Position numbers and translations under genes: made by a program. A stretch of 64,000 nt of DNA, from the NCBI GenBank assembly GCA_043228905.1, contig JBHGNT010000021.1, positions 7,192,001 to 7,256,000 on the forward strand, read 5' to 3'. This document shows positions 25,791 through 39,892 of this stretch, piece by piece (the first letter of the stretch is position 1; each line of letters opens with the position of its first letter). Source of the DNA: Azolla caroliniana (taxonomy: Eukaryota > Plantae > Polypodiophyta). Under the pieces are notes generated by a model. The model saw only the letters and a program-made list of their open reading frames with translations, had not been told where the DNA came from and did not search any database.

Positions 25791-26836
25791 TTGCTTCACT
25801 GTGAGATTCATTGCTTGAAGAAGCCTATCTTCAGCAAATTTATCAAAGAAATGCAAACATATTACCATTGGATTTGTAGTCATGATAGTAGGTTACCACA
25901 TTCTCGAACATATCTTGTTTTTCTTGGTTTTCTTTTCCTCTATTTGATGTGTATATTGCTTGTGAGATGGGTATTTCTGTAAATTTGTCCATAGTTCAAC
26001 TCTTCTCCACAAGATCTTATATATTTAAAAAAAAATTATCATACTAGAACAGATATATCCTAAACCAAATTATGGTATGGTGACTCGGTATACATTTATA
26101 TAATGTCTGTATCTTGTTACAGTTTGTATCTCCATGAAAAGCATAAGTTGGAATCTATGATACATATCCATACATATCCATCCATACAACTTATTTCGAT
26201 TGTACGCATCAAACTGTACAGAATGACTTTGGATGGCATGAAATGATACTCTTCAATTGTCAGAGGAATTAGAAGGAAATTAAAAGCTCTAAGAGAAAAA
26301 AGCTTGGCTTGAGGATTAACTAAGAACAAGTTACACTAGGGGTACCATGTGTTCAACTTGGGCATAAGACGCCCAGATGTTTCAATGTAATAGAAGCCAT
26401 GCAAGTTATTCACATGACGAATATGCTTCATCGCAGCAATTTACAATCAAGGAAAAGTATGGCAAGGATTAGGCTCCATTATACGGAAGAATCCCTGTGG
26501 AAGGATATAGAATCATCTACGTTGCATATAATATTATGCAATATATCAGCAACCAGTAATGAACTTGGGACTGAGATTTGCATCCAAGAAACTTTCCTCC
26601 AATGCCACAACATTTTGTGAACATGGCTAAAGAGTAAATTTCTTGTGGGTAAAGTTACAAGAGTGTAATTTTGTTGGCTGTACTTTTCACTGGGAAAAGA
26701 TTGATTGTGTTTTCTGTGAGGGTTTTTCCAGAGTATACTACTTGTTGTGCATGATTTATTTGCTCTAGAACATTGGACCAACATGGTTATGGGAGGAGTA
26801 ATTTTGTTAGTATAGTTTCACCATGAGGGTTTTCGA

Positions 26837-27245
26837 TCATGGATCATAACTTACTCGTAATACATGATTTGCCCTGCAAAGCATGAATATTTCAGGAAAA
26901 CATCGAAATTTTCCCAGCTGATTAAAAGCATTTCGATTTTTAAACAGTTGTACCATATAGCTCCAGATTCAATGCCAAGGCCATTGCAAGTCAATATCAA
27001 CCCTTTAAACCGATTAAGGTATTCCTGGCAAGTTTCCCAGGCAAAAAAAAGTAAGGAACAGAATTCTGAAAAAAGAGATGAAAATTCAAATCCCAATTAC
27101 TAGTTAATAGATAGCTCAAGAATCTAATGTAATTGGAATATATATATAAACCCTAAACTCTAGAATCTAATGCAATTGGAATTTATATATACATATACAT
27201 ACATATATATGTGCATTGCATACACTACATATGTATGTATGTATG

Positions 27246-27288
<43 letters not shown>

Positions 27289-28536
27289 CATACACTACAA
27301 CTGTAGGAAGCTCAAATTCTACATTGGAATAGGCAACCTTACTATTATTGTATACTGGTGTACATCGACATCTCCTCGCATGTCATACTCAAGTCGTTTC
27401 ACAGGATCACTTAAAACTAATGATAAAAAAATATGCAAGCATTAAAATGAGTAGATTTCTAAACAATACTAGCAATACATAATTTGATCTAAAGACAATA
27501 CTTGAGTTATCAAATCAATAGCTTGAAATTCATTCATGGAATGTTAATAAGATGTTCACATATTTCTAAGGTAGATTTCCCTTGAGAATACCTCTATAAG
27601 CCTCCCCGATTTCTTGAAACCGTAAAGTTGCGTATTCCTTTCCGCTGTGCTTGTCTGGATGCCACTTCTGTAGAGAACAAGCACCCATTGAATTTCTTAC
27701 TAACTTCCATGTTTCAGTTGATCTGGTGTCATTTCATATGGTATTTCATAAAAGAAAATATGTGCATGAGTGAGAGAGAGAGAGAGAGAGAGCTCAACCA
27801 ATGCGAGACGCAAATAATTTGTTCTTATCAATTGATCTGTAGCATCATAATCAACCTCCAGAACCTTGTACAAGTCCTGACCATACACAAGAATTAGGGA
27901 AGAAACCATTAATTTATGTTTTAACTCTGTATTTGCTTTCAAGACAACCACATCATTGGCATTCAGTTTTAGATATACCCCACAATCATTCAACAGAAAT
28001 GAGGATCAATATGGAACAATCTTCCTCTTGTTGAGAAAAAAATATGTTCAGACTCCAAATATATCCCTCACTTCCCCTTTAAAATCCTCACACAACTACG
28101 CAAAAAAGCATTGGCTAGTTCAACTAATAGAGAGCTTACATGACAATTTTATATGTGTACGCCAAATATCAATTGTATCCACTTGCCTCATCGACTCGCT
28201 CAGGTCAATATGATCCAATTACTAATTTTCTTGCATTATGTGCAATTAATCTTAAGCTTCATAGCATTATCGTGCTCTAAACATTATCACAGGAAGTAAA
28301 TTTCAATTTGGATGCCGAGCTAAAGGATGAAATTTTAGCATGGTTTAAATCAAATCACTCCAATCTTTGGCCTATGATTGCATACGAAAGTGAAAAACCA
28401 AATATCACTGGTTTCTTAAAAAAGCATAAGAGAACTGAAATAACTGAAAGAATGAAACAGAGGAAGGAAGGAATTTCACCTTGTGGTTTGCAGTGGAGTT
28501 CCCGACAGCAGGGTAATCTGCCTCTTCCCAGTCCAT
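26837..28536 (-). CDS. Small J-domain (DnaJ/Hsp40 type C) co-chaperone, spliced
   Basis: In-phase GT-AG exons 28536-28480, 27876-27799, 27667-27592, 27416-27343, 27024-26954 and probably 26873-26837. Protein: [83 protein letters not shown] motif intact. The last exon is less certain. Confidence 0.9.
27250..27286. repeat. (TA)n microsatellite in DnaJ intron
   Basis: Uninterrupted TA run. Confidence 0.9.
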
Positions 28537-28924
28537 TTGATCTTTTGACCTATATGTGCATATATTATATACACGGATTGTGCCTTAGATCTTAGTATGT
28601 TGGCAGAGGAGGAGGAGGAGGAGGAAGAAGAAGAAGACCATCATAATCTAAGGGACCATGTTAAACAAATTTGATCTTTCTCTCTTTTTCTCTGTGTATA
28701 GTGTGTCTGATCCTGTGTCTCATGATGTTAAAATCTTTTCTCTTATGATTATCATAATCATATATATGTATGTGCAGCAATGAAAGGTCATTCCATTGGA
28801 GAGGGCCCAAGTTCGATCCACGGCCCCAACAGCCCCACCCACACACACAAATCTAATGGTTTCCGTGGACGATAATAATCTCTCCCTTTTCGAGGATTTG
28901 TCGATATCATCCACAACATACGGG

Positions 28925-29085
28925 CAAACAGACAGATGGATGGATGGACAGATAGACAGACAAATAGATGGATGGATGGACAAACAGACAAACAAATAGA
29001 TGGATGGACAAACAAGCATATGGATGAATGGATGGACAATCGCGTAAATGGATGGATGGATGGATGGACGGGACGGATGGACGGG
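28925..29085. repeat. Degenerate GATG/GACA/GACG tetranucleotide repeat
   Basis: Runs of GGAT, AGAC and AAAC upstream of the DnaJ start. Confidence 0.85.
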
Positions 29086-29199
29086 CGGACTTTTACAACA
29101 TCATCTCTTCTCGGTTTATGTCAGACCTTGGCTTTCCGATCCATATTTTTGTCCTGAGGGGCTTGCTTGTTCCCACCGCCCACGTCTCGTGGGGTTGGG

Positions 29200-29201
<2 letters not shown>

Positions 29202-29241
<40 letters not shown>
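29202..29241. repeat. (TG)n microsatellite
   Basis: About 20 uninterrupted TG units. Confidence 0.95.
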
Positions 29242-29244
<3 letters not shown>

Positions 29245-32159
29245 ACGTTTTCATTCACTCCGTAACAACCGCCCTCCGTGGTTTTACGTTCCACGTGTTA
29301 TCGCACCATAACACGTACACAACCAGCAATGTTTCATGGCTTGTCTTCTGTGGTGTTGTGTGGTGTTGTAACGCTTTCATATCGCCCACTCCGAATACTC
29401 ACTCCTCCTCACAAAGCTTTCTCTCCATCTATTGAGGGTATATGTTGTATATGTCTCTAAATTATTCTTATTATCAAAAAAGGTCCTATTGGAAACTAAA
29501 GAATCTATGTAACATTTTCACAATAGGAATATATTATCGCAAAAGGTCCTAATAGAAACTAAGAATCTATGTAATGTTTTATATTTCATCATGTGTGTTT
29601 TATCAATATTTTATTTCATTGTTTCAATCATTTAATGAATTCTTTCTCCCATGGACCGATGCACTAAAGTTAGTGATATGTAAAAGGGAACCATTTATTG
29701 ATCAATAAGGCTAGATTATTAAGAGATTGATGAAAGGAATTGGGATAGGATAAATGCACTAAAAGAGTGGATTCTTGGAGTTAAGGTACTAGAATATTGG
29801 ATTTATCCAATCCAACATTCAAGATGTAAGATTGTTAGAATGTTGGATTAGTGAGATTATGATCATACTATTTGGCTTATTAATAAAATCATGATTCTTG
29901 TAGAGGTTAATAATGGACATATTTATTTGGGTCTTTGGAAGAAGGCGTCTAACTAGTCAACTTCATTTGCAACTTATCCAAGTGAATGCCCAAGAGCCAT
30001 AATAATACATACTTCACCTTCATTAGCACTTACAAGGCTATCCTTAAACATACAACATATCGTGTTCATACTTTTTTGAATCTGCTAGAATTGTAAGCAT
30101 ATTTCTAAAATTTTACCGTATTGATTTGTTCTTTCTCATGCATGACAACCCACTCTCTAAACCTCTTATCATCTAGACCCTTGTATTTGATTAAATCAAA
30201 ATCTTTCTCTCTCCTCCCCCCAATCTCTCTTGCAAATGGTTAGGGTAAAGTGTCTACATTGTGGAGCGATGATTCCCCTAGTTTTTCTTCTTGATTTCCA
30301 CTTTGTTTCCAAATATCCATATTTTGAGTGTTGGTCTGAGGCAAAACACATTTGAGCATGGTCCCATACTTTGAATCATGATTTGGTGAGCACATATTCA
30401 ACAACTACTTACAATTCATGAAAATCTATAAATTACATGCACTAGCTCGCAGATGCAAGAAGCATTGAGGGTGACCTTTTCTGGAACAAAGGAAAATTCC
30501 AATAGCTCCTAAAGCCTCCCGAATACATACACAATAGGTACAAATCTCAGTCCCTCTTGGATAACTAAAATATCTTGATATTTTCCTTTGCAAACATGAA
30601 AATAGATATGATGACCTTTAGAGTATGACACCTTTGTCATCTTCCCCCTATTAAATATGTGACAAAGGCTTGGGTAGAATATGGTAGCATTATCAATAAG
30701 TCTTAATCGCTTTTGTCAGAAACATAAAATTATGTACCTAAGAGAGTGTCTATATGGTCTATACATCTCCACATTACCTATTGCGATGTGGTTGATGTAT
30801 CGCCACCTTTCACTATTTGATCTAGTTTCTAGTTTCTTATGTATATTCCATATAGAAGCCACATCCTACATCACATAGATCTTATTTTGTCTATTTCATA
30901 AGAGCTCAATGAACACATCTTACTCCTTTTCAAAAGTAGAGTATTTTAGTCATACATATATGCCAACAAATAAGCAAAGGTGGACGCTCCAAAATGTTAA
31001 AGTGATTTTGAATCATATTTAGTTCAACATCTTCACCTCGACAATTTTCCTTACAAAACATGCTCTTTCCTCATTGCTAATAATAATATCAATGTTATAG
31101 TTTTCAACGCTTGGGTTGTGGCAATACTAGTTCATAAAGTATTTTGTGACATCAAAGAACACTTCCAATAAATGAGCTTACAAAGGCATTTTTTGGCAAA
31201 TAATGTCAATGACATGACATCAAAGCCACAATATGAATCACAAGAAAACGCCCATGACTCTCAATATCAAAAGCTTCAACCCATAACATTGAGTTTAAAT
31301 AGCTTCATGTTTACTCTGAACACAATCACATGACACATAATATCAACTTAGCATCGTGCCTTATCACATAATATATCGTTACTCTCTCTGCCTTGGCTTG
31401 CAAACAACATCGATTATGTACAACAAAAATGGTCAACAATCAGAGACAAAAAAGCAGGAAATGTTCATAACTGTTTGTAGAACTTAGTTTTTGAATCATA
31501 TGAAGCATCTTGTTTCAATGGCTTGGGAGAAATACAACCATAAAAGTAAGTACAACAGTTTTACAAATTATTTTTGTACAAGGTCGGAAAGTTCTTTCAT
31601 GCCTCAGAAACGTACAAGCTCATGAGCTGCAAGGAAATGGGTTGGGTATTTGAGAGAAGGTGAGAAAAACAGTCATCTCACAATCCTCATTGCGACTGGA
31701 AATTTACAGAAAGAGAAAAGAGATATTTTCTACACTTGTTACACATGACAATTTCCTAGATACTCAGACAGTAAAAATGAATCATTTTCGAGTGTCTCCA
31801 TTAGAATTTGGAAATGGTAAAGAATATACACTTGATAAATGTATATATTTGCAAGTACAGGGATTTATAGGGGAATGAAAGAACATCGCATGCCATTGGA
31901 ATTTACATGATAAGTCCCTACCACTACATTTTGGTTATATAATACAGCTATGAACTCTAGTAGTATTTTGACAAAGGGCTATACAGCATTAGCAACAACC
32001 TTTAATTCCATTTAAAGTACAAAGGAAATTTCATCCGGAGCTAAAATAGCACAGCATGCTAGGCTTAAATATTCTAATCCATCACCAATGTCACCTGTCT
32101 TGTACAGCCACTTTCTATGGAGTATCAAGCACTATGGGTTTGAAAACGTACAAACCCCA

Positions 32160-35100
32160 TTACCATTGTTTAACTGCTGAGTTCAACCATACCTGAAACG
32201 CATAGCTTGTTAACCGCTCAGGTATCTCATCCTGTCAAAAAGTTAACATATATCACATTAATTAGTTAAACAGTTCCATGGAATATAAAAGAACAATCAC
32301 CAGTAAACAAAGCTAACAGAACAAAACAAAGGAAGGACATAAAACTTAAAATGTGATTGATAGACACACAAAATATGCTACATCATGTGCTGCTTGTATA
32401 GAATATTACATTCCAATTCTTTTCTTGCCAGCATCTCTCTCCCACAAAACAAATGGCTTACAATAGAGAAAGAGGTCACAAACCGCATCACAATGCAATC
32501 TCGCCATTATAATTGGTGAATGAAGAATTGGTATCAAGTGTGTCCAAAACTCAATTGCAAACATAGATATGACGGAGAAGAAAGCATGATGTGTGTGCCA
32601 AATCATACAAAATGATGAGAATCAGATGAACACCCTTACCCTTGATTGGGACTCCAGACATTAGTGAGATATCAGTGAGATATCAGTGAGATATAAAAAC
32701 CTATATAAGTGGACAAGATGCATACCTCTCAGAAAAAGAGCTTGTGAATGCATATATTTATTTGAGAATGTACATAAGAACAATAGGAACTGCAAATGTT
32801 CATGAGAGAGCAAATGATAAATAATTACACTGCTGAAAAAGGACGCTATATTATATACCTTAAAATTATGCAGGAATCCATAAATAGCCATATGTCTTAG
32901 TCATACCAAAGCAACATTACATTTTCACAAACAAAGACTAACTACCTTTACAGAGAAAAGAAAAGTGTACCTTTTCCATGACCATGTTAAAGTTTCCGTG
33001 AGTAAGATACCACTTCTTTTCACTGTCAGTAAGGCTGCATCCATCATAGTCTAGATCACTTTCACTGCTATCAAGCCCTTCACTATCACTCAAATCATCA
33101 TTTCTCCTCCTCTTTTTCCTCTTCTTTTTCTTCTTCTTCTTCTTCTTTCTCTGCTCCCTTTTATTCATTTTTGTCATGGATTGTTCATCATCAGGACCAT
33201 GATGAAAATTGAACGAGTTTGCTGAAAATAAAAGTTTTAAAGATGCCACTGAAGTGCATTCCTCAGTAATTAGAATTTGAAGAGATATAGACTCCAAAGC
33301 CAAAATTTTCACCATATTCCACATGCCCATATTCAAGTGTTCTATTAGTAAAGACCAAAGTTTCTTTGCACACCTTGCCTTGCTACACTTCAGTTTTATT
33401 AAAATTGATTTTAGGGAATCATACACTTCCAAGTTTTCCTCATCACGAAGCATATGCAAAAGCTGACGTGAGCGCGTAATGCAAGTGTTACAAAGCATTA
33501 TGCAATCAAGAGAAGGGCATCCTCCTCCTTTCATGAGAAGCTGTATTAACCAGTTATTTTCAAAAGTTGTTTCCCTTTGAGAAGCACTCCTACTCTGTGA
33601 TAATACAAACCTTAGATTATTTATAAATCCAAGAAGTTGTTCATCACCGAAGAAGGAAAGAAGGTGTTGACATAAACCAGAAAACTCCTCCTCAGAAAGA
33701 AAATGTTCAAGCATCTTCCATACATCTGAACAACCACCTTGCATTCTTTGAAACAACTTGTCAATAAAATAATTTATGTCCAGAGATATTATATCACCTT
33801 CCCTAAGAGAGTCCCATAATTCATCAGAGCTCCAAAACTCCGGAATATAATCCAGAAAGTTCTCCACTGTCTTCAGAACATCAAGATCAAGAAAATAATA
33901 AGGTTTTGATGCAACAATTGCTGGTGATTGACCATGAGATCCTTTCCATTCCAATTCTTTCCAATACCTATCTCGATGGATGAAAGCAAAATGAGCCAAA
34001 GCTTGAGCCCCTAGAAGATTTTCTTTCTTTAGAGAACTAGAAAAATTCTCAAACCAACCTAGAATTCTCTTTGGTTGCCCTGAAAAACATGAAAAAAATG
34101 AGGAAAACCAAGATTCTCAGGCATGTTATGGGGCATTCTGCATACATTAAGCACATGGATATTCCTGAGTGAATGCAATTACTACTATTTATGCATAGAG
34201 CAGGTTGGCATGTTGTCTTTTTGCATGACTGCAACAACTACATGGCCTCTAATCTTCATAAGACACTGTAATTACTCACATCATCAAGATGGGTGTATGC
34301 AGTTTACATGCAAGAAAGAAGCTCACTTTGTACCAACAAAACCACCGCTGACAACCCTGCAGGTAGCCAAATTGTTCTTCAAACATATATTTAAATATCA
34401 TGGCATGCCTGCGGCCATTGCATCAGATAGGGATCTGCATTTTACTAGTCAATTTTGGCAAGAACTTTTCAAATTGCTAGACACACAACTTCGAATGTCT
34501 TCAACGGCTCATCCCCAAACAGATGGCCAACCGGAAAGGGTAAATCAGAGTCTTGAAGACTACATTCGTTGTTATGTGCAGGCGGATCAGAAGGATTGGG
34601 TGGATCATATCGATATGCTGGAATTTTGTTATAATTCCTCTAAACATTCTGCCACTGGTTTTTCTCCTTTTGAATTAGCTACAGGGAAGCAAGTTCTTAC
34701 ACCATTGACTTTGGTCTCTCATGCTGTTCGAGATAAAATTAAAGAGCCTGATGTCAACCTTTTTCTAGCAGACTGACAAGCAACAATGCAGGCTGCACAA
34801 CAAGGATTACAACAATCGAAGGAACGAATGGTTCAGGCAGCCAACAAAAAACATCAACACATCGAATTTTTCAAAGGTGATTTGGTCCTCGTTAGTGCCG
34901 CTCATTGACCATTACCTGGATGACTCTCGCCAAAATTTAATCATCATTATTACGGGCCATATAAAGTACTACAAAGTTTTAATGGAATTACTGACAAGCT
35001 GAAATTACCTAGTTCCATCAAGTTGCATGATACATTTCATGTAAGTTTGCTTAAAAGATTTCATGCAAATAAACATTGGAGCTGGAAGACTAACCTACGT

Positions 35101-36626
35101 GAGGAAGCTGAAGAACCTGAAGCAATCTAAAAACAACAACTGTGCAATGCAAATACGAAATTTTTTATGAAGTGGAAAGGGCGACAACTTTCGGAAGCCA
35201 CATGAATCTCTGACGAAAGTTTGTTTTGTTTGGATCCCACATTGTTGTTTGGGTACCCTAGCTATAATTAGTATTACAATGGCAAGGGTTAAGACACTGC
35301 CTACTGTATCAGTATGGTAAGACCATTTTTGCCATTGTTCTTCTTTCTCTCTTTTTCATTATGTTTTTAGACTTAGCAGGTCATGTTAGCATACTAGTGT
35401 TTCAGTTTCGAGGACGAAACCCTACGCCTCGTGGGAGTGTTTTATGGAGAAGTTAGGATTAGAGAAATTAAGGGAAGATTGATTGGGAGTAGCTAGAGAA
35501 ATTAGTGGTCAAGTAGTTGAGTCCATGGGTAATTAAGTAACTTGTGTGCACAAAGAATAGGAGGCCATTTTCTGGAAATTAGGGGAATGCCCCCCATGTA
35601 ATACTTCCTCTTTAATACAACAATAACCTTTTCTCTTATTCTACTGAGTACCCCTCTCTATAATTTCTTTCTCTCTTCAGTGTTCTCTAATACTGAGAGA
35701 TTCAGTCAAACGCAACAAATGTGAGGTGTCAATACTTATCAAAATCAGACCTTTTGTTGGATTGATGGAATCTTGCAATGATCACCATGTTATGTGGATT
35801 TTAGATAGAAAAGCCGATGAATAGGAAGACAAAAAAGCTCAGGATAACTTTGAACTACAAGCAACAATGATGAGATGAGAAAACTCCCAGATGCAGACAT
35901 TGTGTAGAATGCCATATTTCTATATGCATTTTACACAGTAAAAAAATCAGCTAATGTCAAATATATAAGATTAAGGTAGAATCAATAATATGTGTAAAGA
36001 ATCACCACAAATGTTCGTAACAGTGAAATACAACTCGTGGATACAGGCAAGCCAAGCGATAAGATTCAGAAACCACCATAAAATTATGTATGAATTCTCG
36101 TGGAGGAAATACATTGAATATATCATCGTGAAAAAACAACTGTAATTATTAGAAGAAGCAAAAATAAGAGCTATTCACGGATACCTGAAAAGAACTGGCG
36201 TATAAACCGGCTATCTTTGCTGAACAATTGCATAACCTTATGAGGTTGCTTTTCACAAGCTAAACGCAAGGCCTGTCTGCACAAGAGCTCGTCGGAACGA
36301 CAAATAGAAGAGTTCTTATTAGATGGTCTGATGAGATCAACAAACAGAGACGAGGTTTGTATGTGGCGAGAAACGAGGTTCTGCAGAGATCCGATTTCTG
36401 TGCAGAGCCAAAGACGAGCTTCTGAGCGAGCGATAACTTGCCAAATTAGGTTTTCTAGGGATTCAAGAGTATCCTTTCTCTGCATAGCAAGATGAAGGAG
36501 TCGACGGTCTCCAGAAGAGGTTTTCGCTTCTTCTTCTTCCTCTCCATCTTCTTCTTCTGCGTATGAAGAGGAAGATATATCCTCTTCACGCAAAGGAGAG
36601 AGGTGAAGACATAAGGAAGCGTCCAT
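32160..36626 (-). CDS. Conserved uncharacterised plant protein, 3 exons, with a basic NLS-like tract
   Basis: In-phase exons 36626-36185, 34079-32971 and 32231-32160. Contains SEARLWLC, RILGWFENF and GAQALAHFAFIHRDRYWKELEWKGSHGQSPAIVASKPYYFLDLDVLKTVENFLDYIPEFWSS, which I recall from a plant-wide unknown-function family. A poly-K/R tract is followed by an acidic stretch. Confidence 0.88.
34310..35717 (+). mobile_element. 5'-truncated chromoviral gypsy remnant in intron 1 of the 32160-36626 gene
   Basis: Integrase core (IASDRD, HPQTDGQPERVNQ), GPY motif near 34950, decayed chromodomain (EPEAI..FMKWKG..SEAT*) near 35110-35210 and a probable LTR at 35438-35717. Confidence 0.8.
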
Positions 36627-36920
36627 CGCCAGTATCGTGTACAGAGAAGAGGTTCCTGCGAGAATGATAGGGCTTTTCTAGTGTTTCTCTGTCATTAGGG
36701 TTTCCTTACGTCTTCGAAAACGGGTAGACGAAGACGTGTCGTATTCGAGCAGACGAGGGAGGTGCGGGCTTCCCGTCGCCATATCCAAGGAGCTTTGGAA
36801 CAGTTGGGGTCATCAGGAGTTTCTAGGGTTTGGTAACAAGCAGGGAAAGCGAGTCTTTAGGTTTCCATAGCCAAGAGCTACTACTGTGTACATACTTACT
36901 TGTCCGATCGATGCGTTTTA

Positions 36921-37412
36921 CTGAGGGATTAGGGTTTGGGGTTAGTTTTTAGGGTTTAGGGTTATGGCTTAGGGTTAAGGTTAGGGTTTAGGGTTGGGAG
37001 TTCAAGAGTTAAAGAGTTTTGGTCATGGGCACCATCTGAACACGTGAAAATTTAACCGGCACTTTGGGCTCGGACCTCAGCTCCGCTAAGGGATTAGGGT
37101 TTGGGGTTAGTTTTTAGGGTTTAGGGTTGGGAGTTAAGAGTTTCGGTCGTGGGCACGATCTGGTGGCAGTAGACCGCGCACGTAAAAAATTTATCGGCAC
37201 TTCGGGCTTGGAGCTCGGCTCACGAGAGAAACGGATGGGCTGCAGACAAGCGGTTTTTTAGGTTTTAGGGTTGGGAGTTTAGAGTTAAAGAGTTTTTCTT
37301 TGTCGTGGGCACGATCTGGCGGCACTGACCGACCAGACGCGTGAAAAATTTCTCAGCACTTTGGGCTTTGAGCTCAACTCGCGGGAGAAAACGGACGGGC
37401 GACAGAGAAGCG
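36921..37412. repeat. Three diverged tandem units (about 165 bp) containing degenerate telomeric TTTAGGG repeats
   Basis: TTAGGG/TTTAGGG clusters at about 36928-36997, 37094-37130 and 37257-37275 are each followed by a shared GTCGTGGGCACGATCTG..GGCACTTTGGGCT block. Confidence 0.8.
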
Positions 37413-37815
37413 GGTGGAAATTCCACCATCACATCTATTTATCCTTGTCCTTGATCCTCACCTCAACTTGCTCTGTGGCTCCGTGACTCCATTGAGCATG
37501 CTCCGATCAAATAAAAGGAAACTTGAAGAAAATAAACCGGTGAGTTGCCATATGGCTGCAAAAGAGTTGGCTTCTCATGCCTTGATACGATTTTGCATTG
37601 CATTTTACCATATTCAAAATCTACTTTCTGAACATTGTCAAATATGATCTACTGCCTCCACACTCTCCTCGAACGATAACAATTGCGAACTCTCTCAATT
37701 GCAATGTTTTATTAATGAAATATTTGAACATTGAGAGTTAGCAACCAAATCCACACATTCCACAAAAATGGACCCTTTTGTCATATTTGAAGTACAAGGA
37801 CCATAATAAAATCGA

Positions 37816-38127
37816 GGGAAAAGTACCAGGATACCCCTGGAAGTTCCAAATTTACCATAATGCCCCTGGAAGTTCCAAATTTACCAAACTACCCATATGT
37901 CCAAAAAAATATACTTTATAAAGTAATTATACGCTCAAATCTTTGGTAAATAGGGCTAGTTCGGGTTCATTTCTTCCATCTTTGGTAAATAGGGCTTGTA
38001 GATTTGAGTGTATAATTACTTTATAAAGTGTAATTTTTTGGACATAGGGGTAGTTTGGTAAATTTGGAACTTCCAAGGGCATTCTGGTAAATAGACGAAC
38101 TTCCAGGTGTATCCTGGTACTTTTCCC
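37816..38127. mobile_element. Mutator-like foldback MITE
   Basis: Long TIRs (GGGAAAAGTACCAGGATAC.. / ..GTATCCTGGTACTTTTCCC) cover almost the whole 312 bp. The 9-bp TSD TAAAATCGA / TAAAATCTA matches at 8 of 9 positions. Confidence 0.9.
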
Positions 38128-39892
38128 TAAAATCTACCTATCTATCTTTTGAAGCTCCATTCCATTTAGCCATTGTTGGGAATTGCCCAAACTTTACTAA
38201 TTGAGTTCGTGCATTGTGTGCACGTTTGTAAGCAAGGTTGGCTCCTACAAAGTTGTGTTATCATATGCCTGGATGGGCTAGCATGAACCCCTTCATCACA
38301 TTGAGTGTGTTATTGGCCCACTAAAATATTCTTTTTTATATATTTTGCTCCACTCAAGCAATGGATGGAGTGGTGTTATTGAATGGTTATATGGCCTTTA
38401 TTGACCCCTTTATCCTATATAAGGCATTTTTGAGATCTATCTCAACCCCACCTCTTAACATTGTGGACAAAGCCTCTTTATTTGTTTGTAAAAAGGATAG
38501 TGGGGATTCTTTAATATATTATCCAATAGGATATCTCCACTAACTGAGTTGCTTTTATGCACAACTTCTTTTATCACTCTAGTGGCTAGTTGCATTATTC
38601 AATGTATGAATCCCTATTTACGGTTATAAGCTATCACGTGTGTATAGAAGGGGATGCTGCAAATGGGATCATTTTGTGTATTAAATAGCGTAGAAATTCT
38701 AAATATAGCCATTCTCTTCATTGATGCAACCAAATATTTCTTTCAAATGGTTAAAGTTCTTTCATGTTTTTGTCCTTATTATAGTTTTACTTATAGTAGA
38801 CAAAATGTCCAAGAGTAGCAACTACACCATAGTTAGGAAGAGGGCATGTAGTCCTATTTATAGGATTATATTACTCCCATTTTATTAAGAGTGAGTTCAC
38901 ATGATAAAGGTCAATGGACTTATCATATTGTTAACACCCATCCAAATGTCTATTGAGAATATTTAAGTTCCCTCGCGAATAGCTTTGTTTGATCTTCATG
39001 GGAAGTTTTAAGAGTTGCTGAGGATTTGGAGTTTTCATACGGTACGTAATGTAGTAGAGTTATTCCATTGTGATGCACTTTTTTGAAGTGGCATCTAAAA
39101 TCATATGTGCTTAAGCTTTGATGAAAGGCATGTGACATTCTTTGGCAAATTACCAAATTGAAAGGAAATCAATAGTGCGAAAATGAAAAAGGTTACTAGT
39201 CGTTGTTTTTGTACCTTTAAATTGGAAACCTTTGGAGTTCATGTGTTTTATGAAATTGGAAACCATTGATGATTGGTAGATTATAAAGTCAGTTAGTTAA
39301 TATTGAAATTTTCATTAATAACATTTCTTCATGACACTTCAAGTACATTTTCAAATGGAAGAATCATTTTTTGGTTTCATAAGGGTTTAAGGTATATGGG
39401 ATAAGAAGGGATTGGTTGAAATTGTACAAAACATTTAAACAAACAACAAAACTCCAAACTTGGGCATTTTGTCATTTGCTCTTAAGGCCCATTGAGTGAC
39501 TAAAGGTAACTCTAGCACCAAACATAGTTCTCAAAGTTCCTCACAAATGGTTTGTCTCAAAGCGTTCATGTACACAAACATACATATACACCATGTTAAT
39601 TCTTTTTATGAAGTGACGTCTCAAGCTCTCATAGACACAAAGGCCCACCATGTCAAGTCACATTATCTTTCTCTACACACATTTTAATATAAGCACATCA
39701 ATCTTTCATATCATACCCACACATGCACAAATGTTAGTCTCTCTCGCTCTCTCTCATGATATAGTTGCTCACTTGAATTCTCTCCGCTAATTGTCATGTT
39801 TGTCTTTCACAACTCTCTCCACACAATCACACAAACTCTTCCTATTTGTTGCTAATTACAAACCTTTTTTTTAGCTAGGCTAATTTTATGGG

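Noticed and set aside
29470-31470. Possible decayed retroelement or LINE sequence (also 38150-39200)
   Set aside because: No continuous motif, terminus or TSD could be supported.
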